This document shows positions 41,195 to 56,018 of a stretch of 64,000 nucleotides of DNA, piece by piece. How positions within the stretch are numbered: the stretch's first letter is position 1; each line of letters begins with the position of its first letter. Position numbers and translations under genes: made by a program. This stretch comes from Eledone cirrhosa (taxonomy: Eukaryota), in contig OZ024740.1 of the NCBI GenBank assembly GCA_964016885.1, positions 292,888,001 to 292,952,000 of the forward strand. Reading direction: 5' to 3'. The notes under the pieces are model-generated. The model was not told the origin of the DNA, ran no database searches, and was given only the letters and a program-made list of their open reading frames with translations.

Positions 41195-41407
41195 ATTATT
41201 AGTTATTTAAAAATAGTTATTACGTCAAATTATTAGTTATTTAAAAATAATTATTACACCAGTAATACACTGGTATAATTGCTGACCTTGTGCCAAAAGT
41301 AGAAACAATTATTATTTATAATAATTATTACGTCAAATTATTAGTTATTTAAAATTATTTATTACGTCAAATTATTAGTTATCTAAAGATAGTTATTACG
41401 TCAAATA
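41195..41407. repeat. AT-rich tandem repeat (~34-bp unit) interrupted by a SINE tail
   Basis: aattattagttatttaaaaatagttattacgtca repeated about four times. Confidence 0.8.
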
Positions 41408-41765
41408 ATGATAAAAAAAAAATTAATTAAATATTTGAAAACGAAATAGTATATCAGTTCATTACGGCTAAATATAACTAAAAAGATTCAAAACATAGCT
41501 ACCACCCACATATTCCAAATATATTATTAAAAAAAGTTGCAATTTGAAAAAAATAGATGAGAAAAAAGATGAGAAAAAAGCTGAGAAAAAAATTTAGATA
41601 AAGTTTACTTTTTTCGATATGTATATTACAACCATTAAGAAGAAAACGCTAAAAGCTTTCAATAATATATTCAACAATCTGCGACTCTTCTCTCCTTCAT
41701 CTCCCCCCATTCTCTCGCTCTCTCTCTTTTTCACTCTCTAACTCTCAGTATATATATATATAGTA

Positions 41766-41878
<113 letters not shown>

Positions 41879-43889
41879 AGTACGTGCGCGTATGTGTGTA
41901 TGTATGTGTTTGTATTCTTTTATTCGTTCTATTATTGGGATCATATCGACCTAAGTATATATTTCTTTATAAGTGTGGTATTGATTTTATCGATTTCAAT
42001 TTATCGAACAGCTAATTTACGGGATATGTAAAGAAACAGCAGCATATACCGAAACACACGCACATACACACACATATATATATATTAGATTTATAACCAC
42101 CATATATGTTCAGTACAATTTCTGTCGACCAAATTTCACTCACAATCCATTGGTCATCATAATAGAAGGGAGTCATCCAGTAAGACTGAAGCGGAAACCA
42201 CGTGGTTGCAAAACAAACTCCTTAACCACACAGCCATTCCAAAATATATATACATATACACACACATACACAAGATATATATAACGAAGGAGGTGTGGGT
42301 CCAGAAATAGCCGTCGAAACGGCTTGAGCTCTGCCGTCGGGGTCAAGCATTTTCCTATATATATATTTATATATAAATACATACATATATGTATATATAC
42401 ATATACATACATATATATATATATATAGTAATAATAATAAATTTGAAGACTAAAATCCAAAGAGGTAAATATATATCAAGGATAAATATATATCAAATAT
42501 ATAAGAACCGTTCTTCTGAAGATCCCGTTAAGGGCGAAAGCAGCGATTCTTTGCTTAATCTTTAATCTGTTATTTTAATAAATATTTGCTCTACGGTTCT
42601 TATATATTTGATATATATTTATCCTTATCGATCCCTCTTTGGATTTTAGCCTTCAAATTTATTATTATTACTATATATATATACACATATATATATATAT
42701 ATGTGAATTCGACACTTAATTCCGTGAGAATACTTTGGGCGTTTCAAAGGAGCCTTAGAAAGTGATATAATAATAAAAGATAGGTGAAAATACATAAAAA
42801 GACGGTAATATCGGGAAAAGCTATCATATGTTGTTTTCTCCACAAAGAGAGAATCACTTGCAGCTCACTTGCCACACAAAGAATTATCAGATGAATAGTT
42901 TGAATAATTAGAGCGTTCAATATATTTCATATAATTCGAAAAATGAAAAAATAGCGGAAGATACTTTTAACTATAATATTTTTCATCAAATTATCTTACA
43001 AATCTCCTTATATTCCGAAAAACGCTTTTTACAGCGTTTTTATATCACATCTGAAATACAAGTTAAGTATATTTAAATAATGTACTCCTAATTCAAAAGA
43101 CAGTGACATCATTTAACCTTTACAAATACCTCTGAAATTTTTACTACCACCATGACCTTGCTTCAGTATGTCATACCACACACTCTATAGATTTTACATA
43201 TGCAATATAAAATAGTGTCTCTCTATTTGTTCAGCTTCATTATTCATTTTATTTTACTCTATTTGTAGTATTGAATATTTTAATATTGCTTGTATATCTG
43301 TGCAATAATATCTTTAAAAATCGAGTTTCGTCGTTAGATTGTACGTTAGGTAATAAGGAAAACGTAATAAGGAAAACAGAATATATTGTCTGCGGAAATG
43401 CCTTTGCCATTTTGTCCACGGAGCGTAGCCGAAACACTTCTCTGACCTAGCTGTAATGTCTGTCACCCTCTCCCATTCCCCTTTCTTCCTCTGTCTAGTA
43501 GTTCTTGTTCTTCATCTCCTTTTCCTCTCGTTTATGGCATTTATAGTTCTTTCCAATACTGTTTTCTTTTTCTGTATGTTTAACCAAATAGAAAAATATG
43601 AAATAATAAAAAAATAATGATAATTTAACTAAATATATTTTAAATATTGCCATTATATTTCAAAATTATTACCGCCTATTATCATTGTTTAATAAAGAGA
43701 AGTGACATGTGTAGTTATGTTTGTGTCTGGAGTTACCTTAATTGTAGTTTGATAACTTGTAAAATTGTTAAATTTATCAAAGTGGAAGGCATCGCTGGGA
43801 AAACATGATATGCCCTTTTCTGTACGAGTTAAAAAAAAAAATTAGGAGAGGAATAATTAAAGAAAATATACTCTCTAGTTATGTTTTAA

Positions 43890-44470
43890 TGATGTTATTG
43901 GTGACCCATTTGTGTGGATTGGCAGAAATAAAATCGGTATTCTTGTTCAATATGTTGTGATGATGTGATGATATGGAAAGTTTCCGAATAACACAAAAAT
44001 AACAGATCGAATGAAAATTTGTGAGATAAGGTTTTAGTATTAAAAAAAAATTCGGGTGTCGGTGACGAATGTAGTTTTGAATTTTCTTTGAATGTATCTC
44101 TAAAAGTATTATTATATTGGTTGAATCTAAATTTAAACGGGTTTGTCATTAATTCGATATATTCTATCCCGCTCTGACAAAGGTTAGGTATGATTGTAGT
44201 TGATCTTTCAATTTATTTACTATTGACTGCCATAGGTTCGGTAATTGACAGTTATTCGCGATATGATAATTTAAGTTATTTATTATTTAGAGCAGTATTA
44301 ATAGATGACAGAGCATTATGATATAATATTGTTAAATGCTGACGATCTAAGTTTAAGTGAATTTATATTGGAAGTATTTTTATATTTATGTCCACCAGGA
44401 AAATGTAAACTTAAGATGAAGGAATAGCTTTACAATCTGAGTCCAAACGTTACTTGTGTTTTATTTCATT
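43890..44470 (-). mobile_element. Old PLE remnant (linker and GIY-YIG region)
   Basis: FPGGHKYKNTSNINSLKL and FKFRFNQYNNTFR resemble the PLE motifs FP..H.Y.KIFN...K.SYS and FK.RF..H..SF. Confidence 0.55.
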
Positions 44471-44566
44471 AGTCCGAGAAGATTAGTAATATTTAATTGT
44501 CTCCTTAAAATTACTACGCATTAATGCATTACTTTATATGTTTTCAACTCCACTGAGTTGTAGTGA

Positions 44567-44870
44567 TGGCGAGTGGCTTCGTGGATAGGGTATTCGGCTC
44601 ACTATTGTAAGGTCGTCAGTTCGATTCCCGGCGGCGCAATACACTATATTTTACGTAGCTCCAGTCCAATCAGTTGGTAAAATAAGTTCTACCTGTAATT
44701 CGAAGAGCCAGCCTTGTCACATTTTGTATCACGCTGAATCTCCCTGAGAACTACGTTAAGGGTACGCGTAACTCTGGAATACTCAGCCACTTGTACGTTA
44801 ATTTTACGTGCAGCCTCTTCCGTTGATCGGATCAACTGGTACATTCGTCAACATAACCGACAGAGTACCA
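44567..44870 (+). mobile_element. tRNA SINE related to 50611-50945
   Basis: tggcttcgtgg A box, agttcgattcc B box, acactatattttacgtagctccagtcc domain. Confidence 0.65.
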
Positions 44871-45727
44871 TCATCACTTCACCGAATGATGTTTATTAGC
44901 TTAAACGATAAGATTCTTTTGCCCAAATACTGTGTAAATTTCTATTAACACAGAGTGGGTAGTTGAAATTGCAATCTATATTAAATCACTTGGTTTAATG
45001 CTGAATTGTAATTTCTGTTATTCAGTTAAACGTTACATGTAAAAATGTTAACTGCTTAAAGGGTATTGCTCATCGTCATTTATTATTTAAATTCATCAAA
45101 AAGCATCAATAGTTTTTATCTGCGAGATGTCTTTAAAGATCATATTTTTTATCCATATGCTATGAACAAAGATTGGAGTTTCTAGCATGCGCAATTATTT
45201 CTAAACCATTATAATTGTCGTTTACCGATAGTAGATGCAAAAAAAATAAATAAATTATCTACTAATTATATCGAAGTAAATGAATGGATAATTGCACGTA
45301 TCATGTACGTTTGGTAACTAAAAACTATTATCATTGCCGTTAGTCATAAGAACAACTACATTATGTATATTGATGATACAACAAACTTCGAATACATGTG
45401 TGTAAGTGACGTCCGAAAGAGTAACCTCCAGAACCAACTAACTTAGTTTATTGCTGATTTACTGTTGCTCAAGAATGTTACTCAATAATTTCTTTGAATT
45501 GTTTCGTTATCTTATTTTAATGATTTTTAACCATTTCTCGAATAGTGTGGTAGTTGAGCTAGTGAATCTGGTTGTGGGGTTATCAAACTAATTTTGCTTA
45601 GTCTTTAGAGTAATATACGCTTTCCTACGGCAAGGTTTCTACGCTATTTTCTATATTTAGAACAGACTCTTTGATTAGATTTTAGCCTCATTTGAATCTA
45701 AACTAATACGACATTTTGTACCTGTTT

Positions 45728-45832
<105 letters not shown>

Positions 45833-48036
45833 GTGCGTGTGTGTGTTAGTAAACACACACACATATATAAGAACACTTTTCTATACATCCCCTCTCGGCT
45901 GCTAACAGTGTGTGTGTATATGTGGAAATTCATATACATTTCTGTACACCCTCTTATGTTAGTAAGTTCACGCGCGCACGTTCACTCATACATAGAAATG
46001 ATTCCAGTATTTTTTTAAAAAGTGTGACTATATAAATGTATAACCACGTAACACTTTCCTAATTACTCAATGTGCCAGCAAAAGTAAGAACAAGGCTTCC
46101 TTTTCTCGAGACGTAATAGAACCACTTGAACCTACCCACTACATCATTCGTACTTATTTAATTACAAGGCAAATTCTTCCTCATTGAGATTTGTTGTTCA
46201 GCTCTAAGTCAATTCTGATCAATGAAACCTAAGATCAAAGTCATATTAGCTACGAACATCCCAGTGCGTTTTTAGACAGTGTTCCTAGGACCAGATTATC
46301 TAATGAATGTCCTTTTCTTAGGACTGAAGAGTGATATTTGAGGGAGATGAAGATGATTTTTTCTGAAGGATTGACATATCGGTACTCTCCTCGATTCAAT
46401 ATAATTTAACAGAGATAGCACTTCAGATATATGAATCAGATGTGAAGGATTTATTTGTGATTGGGAGCTGAGGTGTGTTTTCAATTCGTTGACTTTACTA
46501 TTGTCGCATTGTAATTTAAATTATTGAAAATATGTACTGTAGAATAGTATAGTCCACCATATTATCTCCCTTTAGATTGTTATCGATGATTTAACCGAAG
46601 AAGTTTATAATCGTATTTCTTTTCTTTATAATAACCTGCTTGGTAGATCTCATATCTCTGATTCATAATGAATCTTTTATTGGTATTGAATAATCTAGTG
46701 TCCAACACTTTCACGATATTTGACAACACAGAACTATAAATACATTTTATTGAATATATAAGTAGATTTAAATTAACATAGTCTGTAGAGAGAGGATCAT
46801 AAAATAGATATTTATAAATACGTGGTGGGTAAGCTGATCTATATTGTTAAGGTGGTGATTTAGTAGGATCGCTAGAGCCTATGATAAAATACCATACAGT
46901 ATTTATTCCAACTCCTTGCATTTTCTGTTCAAATACAACTGAAGTCATCTTGGTTTTCTATCATTAAATGGTCGATAAATATAGCGTCAATCTATGTGAA
47001 GTCATTAAGACATGGGTCAGAGTGCCTTGAGTTACTTGTTTTCACTCTTTGCCTTCTGAGTTTTAACCGCGTTAAAATCAATTGGGCACTCGGTTAACCA
47101 CCCGCACACGGTTCTTTGGTGCACTTATCGGATTTCATTCTGTTAAAAGCATCCAATCTAGGTCGTCGGTTTAGGAATAGCTTTGTCTCTCCTTCACCCC
47201 CTCTCTTTCTCTCTCTCTCTTTCTCTCAATAGTATTAGAAATCCCAGATAACGTTCATGAGCCGTATCCTTCTTTCTGACTAAGAAATAAAATAATTATT
47301 TTATTATTTTTATTTTTTCCTCAAACAATGGGAGATAGACGTGGATACGTATCGGTATTTATTATTCACAGTTAAGCATATAAGCATAGCTTTCACTGTA
47401 CATTCCAAAGTAGTGAATGAGGAATCACAAAATAAACATACAAGATTGTACACAGGTGGGTGCAGAATAACAGAAATACACAGAGAAATGATAACCTAGA
47501 GATGCCATGTGTACGAAGATGAATGGATAGTGGTAAGAAACTCTCACGAAAACTGGACAGCAGAACGTCTTGAGAGAAGACCCTTATCTTTCTTACACTT
47601 TAAGGGGGCCGGGTTGCAGCCAAGTCATGACTCCTGGGTGCCCTTATGCTGACATTTAGCCATTCAGAAATTGGAGACTTACTATGTATCTAAACCGTAT
47701 GGAGATTTTGTTGACAGGATATAACTGAAATTCCTCTCCGTTGTTTTTGCTTTCAAACTTATATTTAAACGCTTTCGTCAATTGAAAAAATAAAGATGCC
47801 CCTCACGTGGTATGGAGGTCGTTTTTATTCATCCTTGACCAGATCCAGATGTAACTCGTTTCCGCTGTCATTGACATTGCTTTTATGTCTTGGTCCTTGT
47901 CTTTACAGAGATTTGCACGCACAAACTCTAAATGCAACTTCTATGGCGAGAAGTTTGAAACCAGTTAGTGTTAAAATATTTAATGGATTAGGCATTAAAA
48001 AGCCAACAAATTTAGTCAATTACCAACATTATTTTA

Positions 48037-48221
48037 GTGGATTGGCAGTATCGGTAGAGGGTCGGATGCCATACTTTGCAGTATAGAGTTACAACCCTTT
48101 ATGTTCTGATTTCAAATCCCGCCGTGATTAACTTTGCCTTTCATCCTGACGGAGTCGATGAAATAAGGTACCAGTAATACACTGGGTAATTGCTGGCCTT
48201 GTGCCAAAAGTAGAAACAATT
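48037..48221 (+). mobile_element. Meta-type tRNA SINE
   Basis: Family match. Confidence 0.85.
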
Positions 48222-48822
48222 CTTTTAACTATGTCGGCAAGAATCTAAGAAATAAACACGAGTCATATTTCGCTCATATCCTGATCTCATCAATGAAGTA
48301 CAAACATTATCATATCTACCAACATACTCAATAAAGTCTCATTAAGTAATTCTATAAATGTGTACATTTATAATGTATGTACATCTTTTTGTTGCTATCG
48401 AACAAATAATAATAATACAAGCACAGTATATAATTAACACTGAATTAACTTCAACTTGATATATTAGTCGCGGCACTTATCAGTGAGAAGATTGCTATAT
48501 TTGAAGATGTGTCCGGGAATTGTTGCTTGCCAACATTTTCCATGGCTGCCCTAATTGACAACTGTTTTGTGTTGATACATAACAATCGTCCAGAGGAAAT
48601 TTCCTGTTGCTTTAGTAGCACTTGGTATTGCAAATATAATCGAATAAGTAATTTGTTACATAGAAGAAAGCAGATCTGCAAGGAATCTGATGGATCTCTG
48701 CCAATGGATATCTAACTTACATTCGTCACGTCATAAACGGATGTACTTATATATATACATACACGCACACACTCTCTCTCACACACACACACACAACATA
48801 TTATATATATATATGAGTGTGT

Positions 48823-48901
<79 letters not shown>

Positions 48902-49261
48902 ACTCTGTGTGTATATATGTATATATACATATATATACATTTATATATATATATGAATGTATATATAGTGTATTTGGTAATACACTGTATGCTTAATTAA
49001 AAGCATTTTGAAGACCTTACCGCTTTTTTCAACAAAAAAAGTAAGTGACATAGTCACTACTTTAAAACAATAGCGTAGGGTCTTCAAAATGCTTTTAATT
49101 AAGCATACAGTGTATTACCAAATACACTATATACACATTCATATATACATCGCTATTTAAGAGCACCAATTCCAATTTTCAATTTTTGCTGGACCGGCAA
49201 CCGCTCTGTATAATCAGTTCCTGATTATTAGTGGAATTCTATAAGAATCCAACATTCATAA

Positions 49262-49355
49262 TTTTTCAACAGACAAGGGGAGTGTTAAGCTCTGAGGAAT
49301 ACCAACAGTATGAAGCAGTGATCTGTCAGCTTATCTCCCTTTGTTTGTTGAAAAA
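49262..49355 (+). ncRNA. Type I hammerhead ribozyme motif with long stem I (A15.1G variant)
   Basis: aagcu-CUGAGGA-AUAC-caaca-GUAU-GAAG-CAG-ugau-CUG-UC^agcuu. Stem I extends through uuuuucaacagacaaggggag/cucccuuuguuuguugaaaaa. Confidence 0.8.
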
Positions 49356-49484
49356 AGAAGTGACATAGTCACTACTTTAAGACAATAGCCTAAGGTCTTC
49401 AAAATGCTTTTAATTAAGCATACAGTGTATTACCAAATACACTATATATACATTCATATATACATCGCTATTTCAGAGCACCAA

Positions 49485-49585
<101 letters not shown>

Positions 49586-50045
49586 CGAAGGAGGTGTGGT
49601 AAGGAACCAGATGGGCCAGAATACTCAATACTTAGGGTAGTAGAGTGGGTAATAGGAAAATGTTTGACCCCCACGGCAGAGCTCAAGCCGTTTCGACGGC
49701 TATTTTTGGACTAAATTAGAATTTTTAGCGTGGTAAATAAATAGCACATTTATTTACCACACTAAAAATTCTAATTTAGTCCAGAAATAGCCGTCGAAAC
49801 GTCTTGAGGTCTGCCGTCGGGGTAACACATTTTCATATATATATATATATATATAGGAACGAGTAGGACCCCGACGGCTGAGCTCAAGCCGTTTCGACGG
49901 CTAATTCTGGACTAAAATTAGCCGTCGAAACGGCTTGAGCTCAGCCGTCGGGGTCCTACTCGTTCCTATTACCCACTCTACTACCCTAAGTATTGAGTAC
50001 TTTGGTGCGTTATGGTCCATCTGGTTCCTTACCACATTTCCTTCG

Positions 50046-50082
<37 letters not shown>

Positions 50083-50191
50083 AATATATATACGTATATT
50101 CACATACATACATAAATACATATGTGTATGTACGTATGCGTGTATGTGCAGTATGTGGTGTAGCTGGTGAATGATTATAAGAGTGAGAAAA

Positions 50192-50378
50192 ATAATTGTT
50201 TCTACTTTAGGCACAAGGCCAGCAAATTACCCAGTGCATTACTGGTACTTTATTTTATCGACCCCGTAAGGATGAAAGGCAAAGTCAACCTCGGCGGGAT
50301 TTGAACTCAGATCGTAAAGGGACGCAACTATGCTGGAAAGCATGGCGTCCGACCATCCACCGATACTGCCAATCCACT
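50192..50378 (-). mobile_element. Meta-type tRNA SINE
   Basis: Family match. Confidence 0.85.
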
Positions 50379-50610
50379 GTCATTATTATAGACTCAGTCT
50401 ATAATAAAATACCAGTAATGCTAATACTATAAATAAAGTACCAGTAATGCACTGGGTAATTGCTGTCCTTGTGCCTAAAGTGGAAACAATTATTATAGAC
50501 TCAGTCAACTATTGGGGTTGATTTAAACGACTTTCTCACTCAATTGCTAGCTTTGTACCAAAATGAAGAAACATTATAAATATTATTACATCTAAATATT
50601 ATTACATGTG

Positions 50611-50945
50611 AAGGCGCGTGATTTAGTGGTTAGAACGTTGTGTTCAAAATTGTAAGGTTGTGAGTTCGATTCTCGGACCAGGTGATGTTTTGTGTTCCTG
50701 AGCTAGACACTATATTTCACGTTGTTCCAGTTCACTCAGCTGTAGAAATGAGTGGCGACGTCACTGGTGACAAGCTGTATCGGCCTTTTCCTTTCCCTTG
50801 AACAACATCGGTGGCGTGGAGAGGGGATACTGGTATGCAAGGGCGACTACTGGTCTTCTGCAACTAAACTTGCACGGACTTGTTCCTCCAAAGAGAACTT
50901 TATATGTGCAAATCCCATGGTCAATCGTGAGTGAAGGGATCTTTA
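50611..50945 (+). mobile_element. Second tRNA-SINE family (V/CORE-like central domain)
   Basis: ggcgcgtgatttagtggttaga (A box), gagttcgattc (B box), ttgtgttcctgagctagacactatatttcacgttg..cactcagctg. A related copy lies at 44567-44870. Confidence 0.7.
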
Positions 50946-50954
50946 TCCTCTATT

Positions 50955-51570
50955 CTTTACCAGAGTGTTACCATGCGTTCACAGTAATTTACCCACTCGA
51001 CACTATGTTAGGGGTCTGAGAACACGTTCTTTTTATAGATGGTTATTGGAAGGCATGCGCGAGGATGGCCTCGGATCAGTTTTGGCTCTCAACGAGGATA
51101 TTCTGAACAGATTCTTCTGTGGGACTTCCATGCTGGGGATTATGGACATTTCTAAACGCCCTTGCTATGGCAGTGCTACTGAAGGTCACTACCAGTTCGA
51201 GACAAGCTTTATAGGCACTGAAGTACCAACAGCCGAACCTGTTTGAGATTTCCACCGAGAGACGAAATCATCCTACATGCTATTCCACAGTGTTCATACA
51301 TTGCACACTAGTGAGCTGGTGTTGAACAACTAATATCACGTATAGAGCTGATTCGACTATCAGTCGGCTCTATAGTGAAAACTGAACTACCTCCTTCCTC
51401 TCGAAGGGAAGCGCAGCAAGTCTTCCTCTGCTGTAATGAAAGAGGTTCTATGACGAACGCGTCTAAAAACTTTAAGTGTGGAAATTTTCCTCTTCGGCCA
51501 AGTGCGCAACAGCTTCTAAAACCAAATGAGGTGGAAGGTGGGAATAGAGAGGGTAGTGTTGCCTTCTAGT
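50955..51570 (+). mobile_element. Degraded Tx1/L1-clade ORF2 C-terminus (zf-RVT region)
   Basis: Frame-shifted WQCY..SLPVRDKLYRH..TCLR...DEIILHAIPQC motif. Confidence 0.65.
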
Positions 51571-51695
51571 TTGTCTAAAACCACATGAGGTGGTGTTGTC
51601 GTGGTATGTGTGTGTGTGTGAGTGTGTGTAGTGTAGCTGATGTGTGGTTTTACATGTGGGCGTAGTGTCGTTATTATAGACTCAGTCTATAATAA

Positions 51696-51890
51696 GGGCG
51701 GTGGATTGGCAGTATCGGTAGAGGGTCGGATGCCATGCTTTGAAGCAAAGAGTTACGCCCCTTTATGGTCTGAGTTCAAATCTTGCCGAGGTTAACTTTG
51801 CTTTTCATCCTTACGTGGTCGATAAAATAAAGTACCAGTAATACACTGGGATAATTGCTGGCCTTGTGTCTAAAGTAGAAACAATTATTA
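51696..51890 (+). mobile_element. Meta-type tRNA SINE
   Basis: Family match, starting ggcggtggattggcagtatcgg. Confidence 0.85.
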
Positions 51891-52479
51891 TAGACTCAGT
51901 CAAGTATTGGGGCTGATTTAAACGACTTCCTCATTCAGTTGCTGGCTTTGTGCCAAAATTAAGAGTCGTTATAAATATTATTACATCTAGAGTGCTGCCA
52001 TGCGCGCACAGTACTTTGCCAGTTCGACAACACGTTAGGTGCTGTTGTCTTCTAGTGTGTCTAAAACCACATGAGGTGGAAGGTAGGAATAAAGAGTTGC
52101 AGGGGTGAATACAGAATTGTCTTTCGGGGGATATACTTCTATACTATATATGTTTTGCTTTGTTGTGGGGCATGATTTATTGCTTTTGGTGTTAATTTAG
52201 TATTTCGTCAGTTAGATGTGTAGAATATGTACCCAATAAGTTGCGTTATTTTGTTGCAGAGAGAGTATCTTTTGTACATGTCGTGTGAGATATGTCATGT
52301 ATTTAGAGTTGAGCATTGATCGTGTAGATTGTGATCTTTAAATTAGTAGCAACCGTGCAGACTGTGAGATGAGATGAGGTAGTTGACGATGATGTGCGTT
52401 TTGTGTTATAGTATTGCGTATAGCTTATGTAATAACACAATTTTATTTAATTGAGTGGGATGGGGGTGGGGATTGTGTT

Positions 52480-53200
52480 TAGTGTTTGCTGTGTGATGAG
52501 CTATGTTATGTTATTACGTGGTGGGTGTTGGAGGTGGGTGGGGGTGTTCTGTACAGTACGGTTTGTGGTAGTTGAGTTACTTTATTGAGTGATGATTGTA
52601 GATATTATTTGTTGTAATTGTGGAAAGTGCCCACGATCGTGCTGAGACTGATATATCTGCAAAGATTTCAAGACAAGGATGATAATTAAAAGATGTTACC
52701 ATCGTTCCAGCAATTCTGTAGCAACTGAAAACATCCGAAATGTGCGCAGAACGAAATGAAACGTTTAGTAAACACATATTCAGTGGTCATACTTTGCTGA
52801 TTTGTGTATATATGTCGAAAATAATTATTTGATGTGGGTTAGATCCAGCTATCGACCGAGTCCATCAGGAAGAACGACCTACCACCTACATTTGGCATTG
52901 AAGATTGAATAGTCTTTCTTTTACCAGTCGTAAGGATGAAAGGGGTAGTGTGGTGTTCGTGAGCGTAATATTTAAGGTCTGGTCTTCCTCCTAGGCCATA
53001 TACTTATCAAGGTTTTCAACTACGACTTGAAGAGAAAGGTGAGAGTAAAGAAGGTTTTATTATTCTAAGTATGCGGGCGTAGGTTGATTTTAGTGTATCC
53101 TATAGCAGTTTAGTAAATGTGAGGTTGCATTTCACGAGATCCAATTTTTTAATGAAAAAATCCTACAACAGACCGGAATATCGGCTCAGGAAGACCAGCA
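52480..53200 (-). mobile_element. Old PLE-like remnant
   Basis: Decayed NVGGRSFF and CLLNVSFRSAH segments resembling the PLE linker. Confidence 0.4.
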
Positions 53201-53793
53201 GCTTTGGTTTAATATAATAAAATCTGTGATAAGCGCCAATACGGCGGTATTTTATAATAATGAGATAATAAAAAAGAAAGCAAAATAATAAAGCAGCTCC
53301 TCTTTATCTTCAGGTTGTTTTAAAACTCTATTTTCTAATAACCTTAATTGCACTATTAGAATTATCTTTTTTCATATCTTCAATTCTTCTTACAAACACA
53401 TTTTCGTAATGATGTCGTATTTTAGGATCGATGCACTTGTCTGTATATGTCATTTGCTATGGTGACATAGAAAGATGCATGAATAACCAATGACAATAAT
53501 AGCACACAAGTGGAAACAGGGAGAAAGAAAGTGAAAGCTAGCGTAAGAAATAAATAGATAGATAAATAAATAGATATATAGATTGCTAGATAGACAAAGT
53601 GAAAGATAGAGAAAGAGAAATAAAGAGAATAGTCATGATGTTAGTTTGGTTGATTAGGTAGGTAACGCAAATATTGTCATCCGTACACACCCACGCTCGC
53701 ATACCCGCTCCCCCATATATAAATATTCCTTGAAACATTCATTTTCTCTCTTTAGCATGAAACTAATAAGCCTTTGTGTTCGTTTATTTTGAA

Positions 53794-53891
<98 letters not shown>

Positions 53892-54096
53892 TAAAATAAC
53901 AGATTAAAGTTTAAGCAAAGAATCGCTGCTTTCACCCTTATCGGGATCTTCTGAAGATCCCGATAAGGGTGAAAGCAGCTTAAACCTTAATCTGTTATTT
54001 TAATAAATATTTGCTCTACGGTTCTTATATATTTGATATATATTTATCCTTATCGTGCCCTCTTTGGATTTTAGTCTTCAAATTTATTATTATTAC

Positions 54097-54237
<141 letters not shown>

Positions 54238-54376
54238 ATGGATGTGAAGTAGGGTGGGGATGTCCAAAATCAGCATGCGGGAATTTAGTCTAATAAAAAA
54301 TGTTTTGAAGATCTAAAACGGGGAGAACAGGCTTTGCTAACATCAATTTTTTATACATGACATAAAGATCCTTTTG

Positions 54377-54410
<34 letters not shown>

Positions 54411-54663
54411 CTTTGAAGCTATATATGTGGTTTAATGATGATGCGGTAACTGTATATCAAATCAATTCGAAACGATAGACATTTTGTTGCTCATCTAGGC
54501 TGAAATACTGAAGTGGATAGACATTGAAACAGAGATAGATGTGGACCAAACATAAAACTGCATCCCTCCCCAAAAGAAACAAAACAACCAAACGACAGAA
54601 ACAAAGTCGCAATAAAATGTCAGTACACGCGTATTTGTACACATTTTCACGCATGTGTATACA

Positions 54664-55500
54664 TAATTATTTCTACTTTTGGCACAAGGCCAGCAAATAC
54701 CCAGTACATTACTGGTACTTTATTTTATCGAGACACCATAAGGATGAAAGGCATAGTTAACCTTGACGGGATATGAACTCAGACCATAAAGGGACGTAAC
54801 TGTGCCGCAAAGCATGGCCTCTGACCCTCTACCGATACTGCGAATCCAGTAACATACGTATGTATGTGTGTCCATATATATATATATATATGTGCATTTA
54901 TATACAAGGTAAAGTTAACCTCGGCAGGATTTGAACACAGAACGCAAATGGGCATAACTCTTTGCTACAAAGCATGGCGTCCGACCCTCTACCGATACTG
55001 CCAATCCATATATATATTATATATATAATTGTTTCTACTTTTGGCACACGGCCAGCAATTATCCCAGTGTATTACTGGTACTTTATTTTATCGACCCCGC
55101 AAGGATGAAAGGCAAAGTTAACCTCGGCGGCATTTGAACTCAGACCATAAAGGGGAATAACTCTTTGCTGCAAAACATGGCGTCCGACCCTCTACCGATA
55201 CTGCCAATCCACCGCCTTTCATATATATTATATATATAATGGCGGTAGATTGGCAGTATCGGTAAAGGGTCGGACGCCATGTTTTCCCAGCATAGAGTTA
55301 TGCCCATTTGCGTCCTGTGTTCAAATCCTGCCGAGGTTAACTTTACCTTGTATATAAATGCACACACTCACAAACAAAAATGTATATATATGCACATATA
55401 TTTGTGTGTGTGATGAATGAATAAAAAATAATATAATAATAATTGTTTCTACTGTTTGGCACAAGGCCAGCAATTATCCCAGTGTATTACTGGTATTTTA
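54664..55500. mobile_element. Cluster of about five full or partial Meta-type SINEs in both orientations
   Basis: Minus copies 54664-54848, 54905-55008, 55027-55215, 55440-55497 and a plus copy at 55240-55330. Confidence 0.8.
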
Positions 55501-55569
55501 TTTGATAGTTATTCCATAAATAGCCGTCTAAACGGCTTGAGCTCTGCCATCGGGGTCCTGAACATTTTC

Positions 55570-55636
<67 letters not shown>

Positions 55637-55904
55637 CAAAATTAATAAAAATAATCAGGATTAAATTACATTAACTCATTTAATTGATTTACAAACGTTT
55701 CTATCATACAATAAGAGATACATTTCTACTGTATTGATTTCATCAGAGTTTATTAAACAGCAAAAATAAACCGATTGGATTAAACTCTGAACTGTTTTTT
55801 TACTTATCTTGCTGTGGACTAGAAAATCACATTTTAGCTTTGAATTATTTTTTCCTTCTAGAATGTTGTGTTATTAACTCATCTAAACTATTGCACACAG
55901 ACAG

Positions 55905-56018
<114 letters not shown>

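Noticed and set aside
44567-44640. tRNA gene
   Set aside because: No complete cloverleaf, and it continues into a SINE body.
47300-47780. Possible solo LTR
   Set aside because: No clear TG..CA termini, TSD or second copy in the window.
48451-48715. Overlapping short ORFs as a possible exon
   Set aside because: No recognisable protein motif or convincing splice pair.
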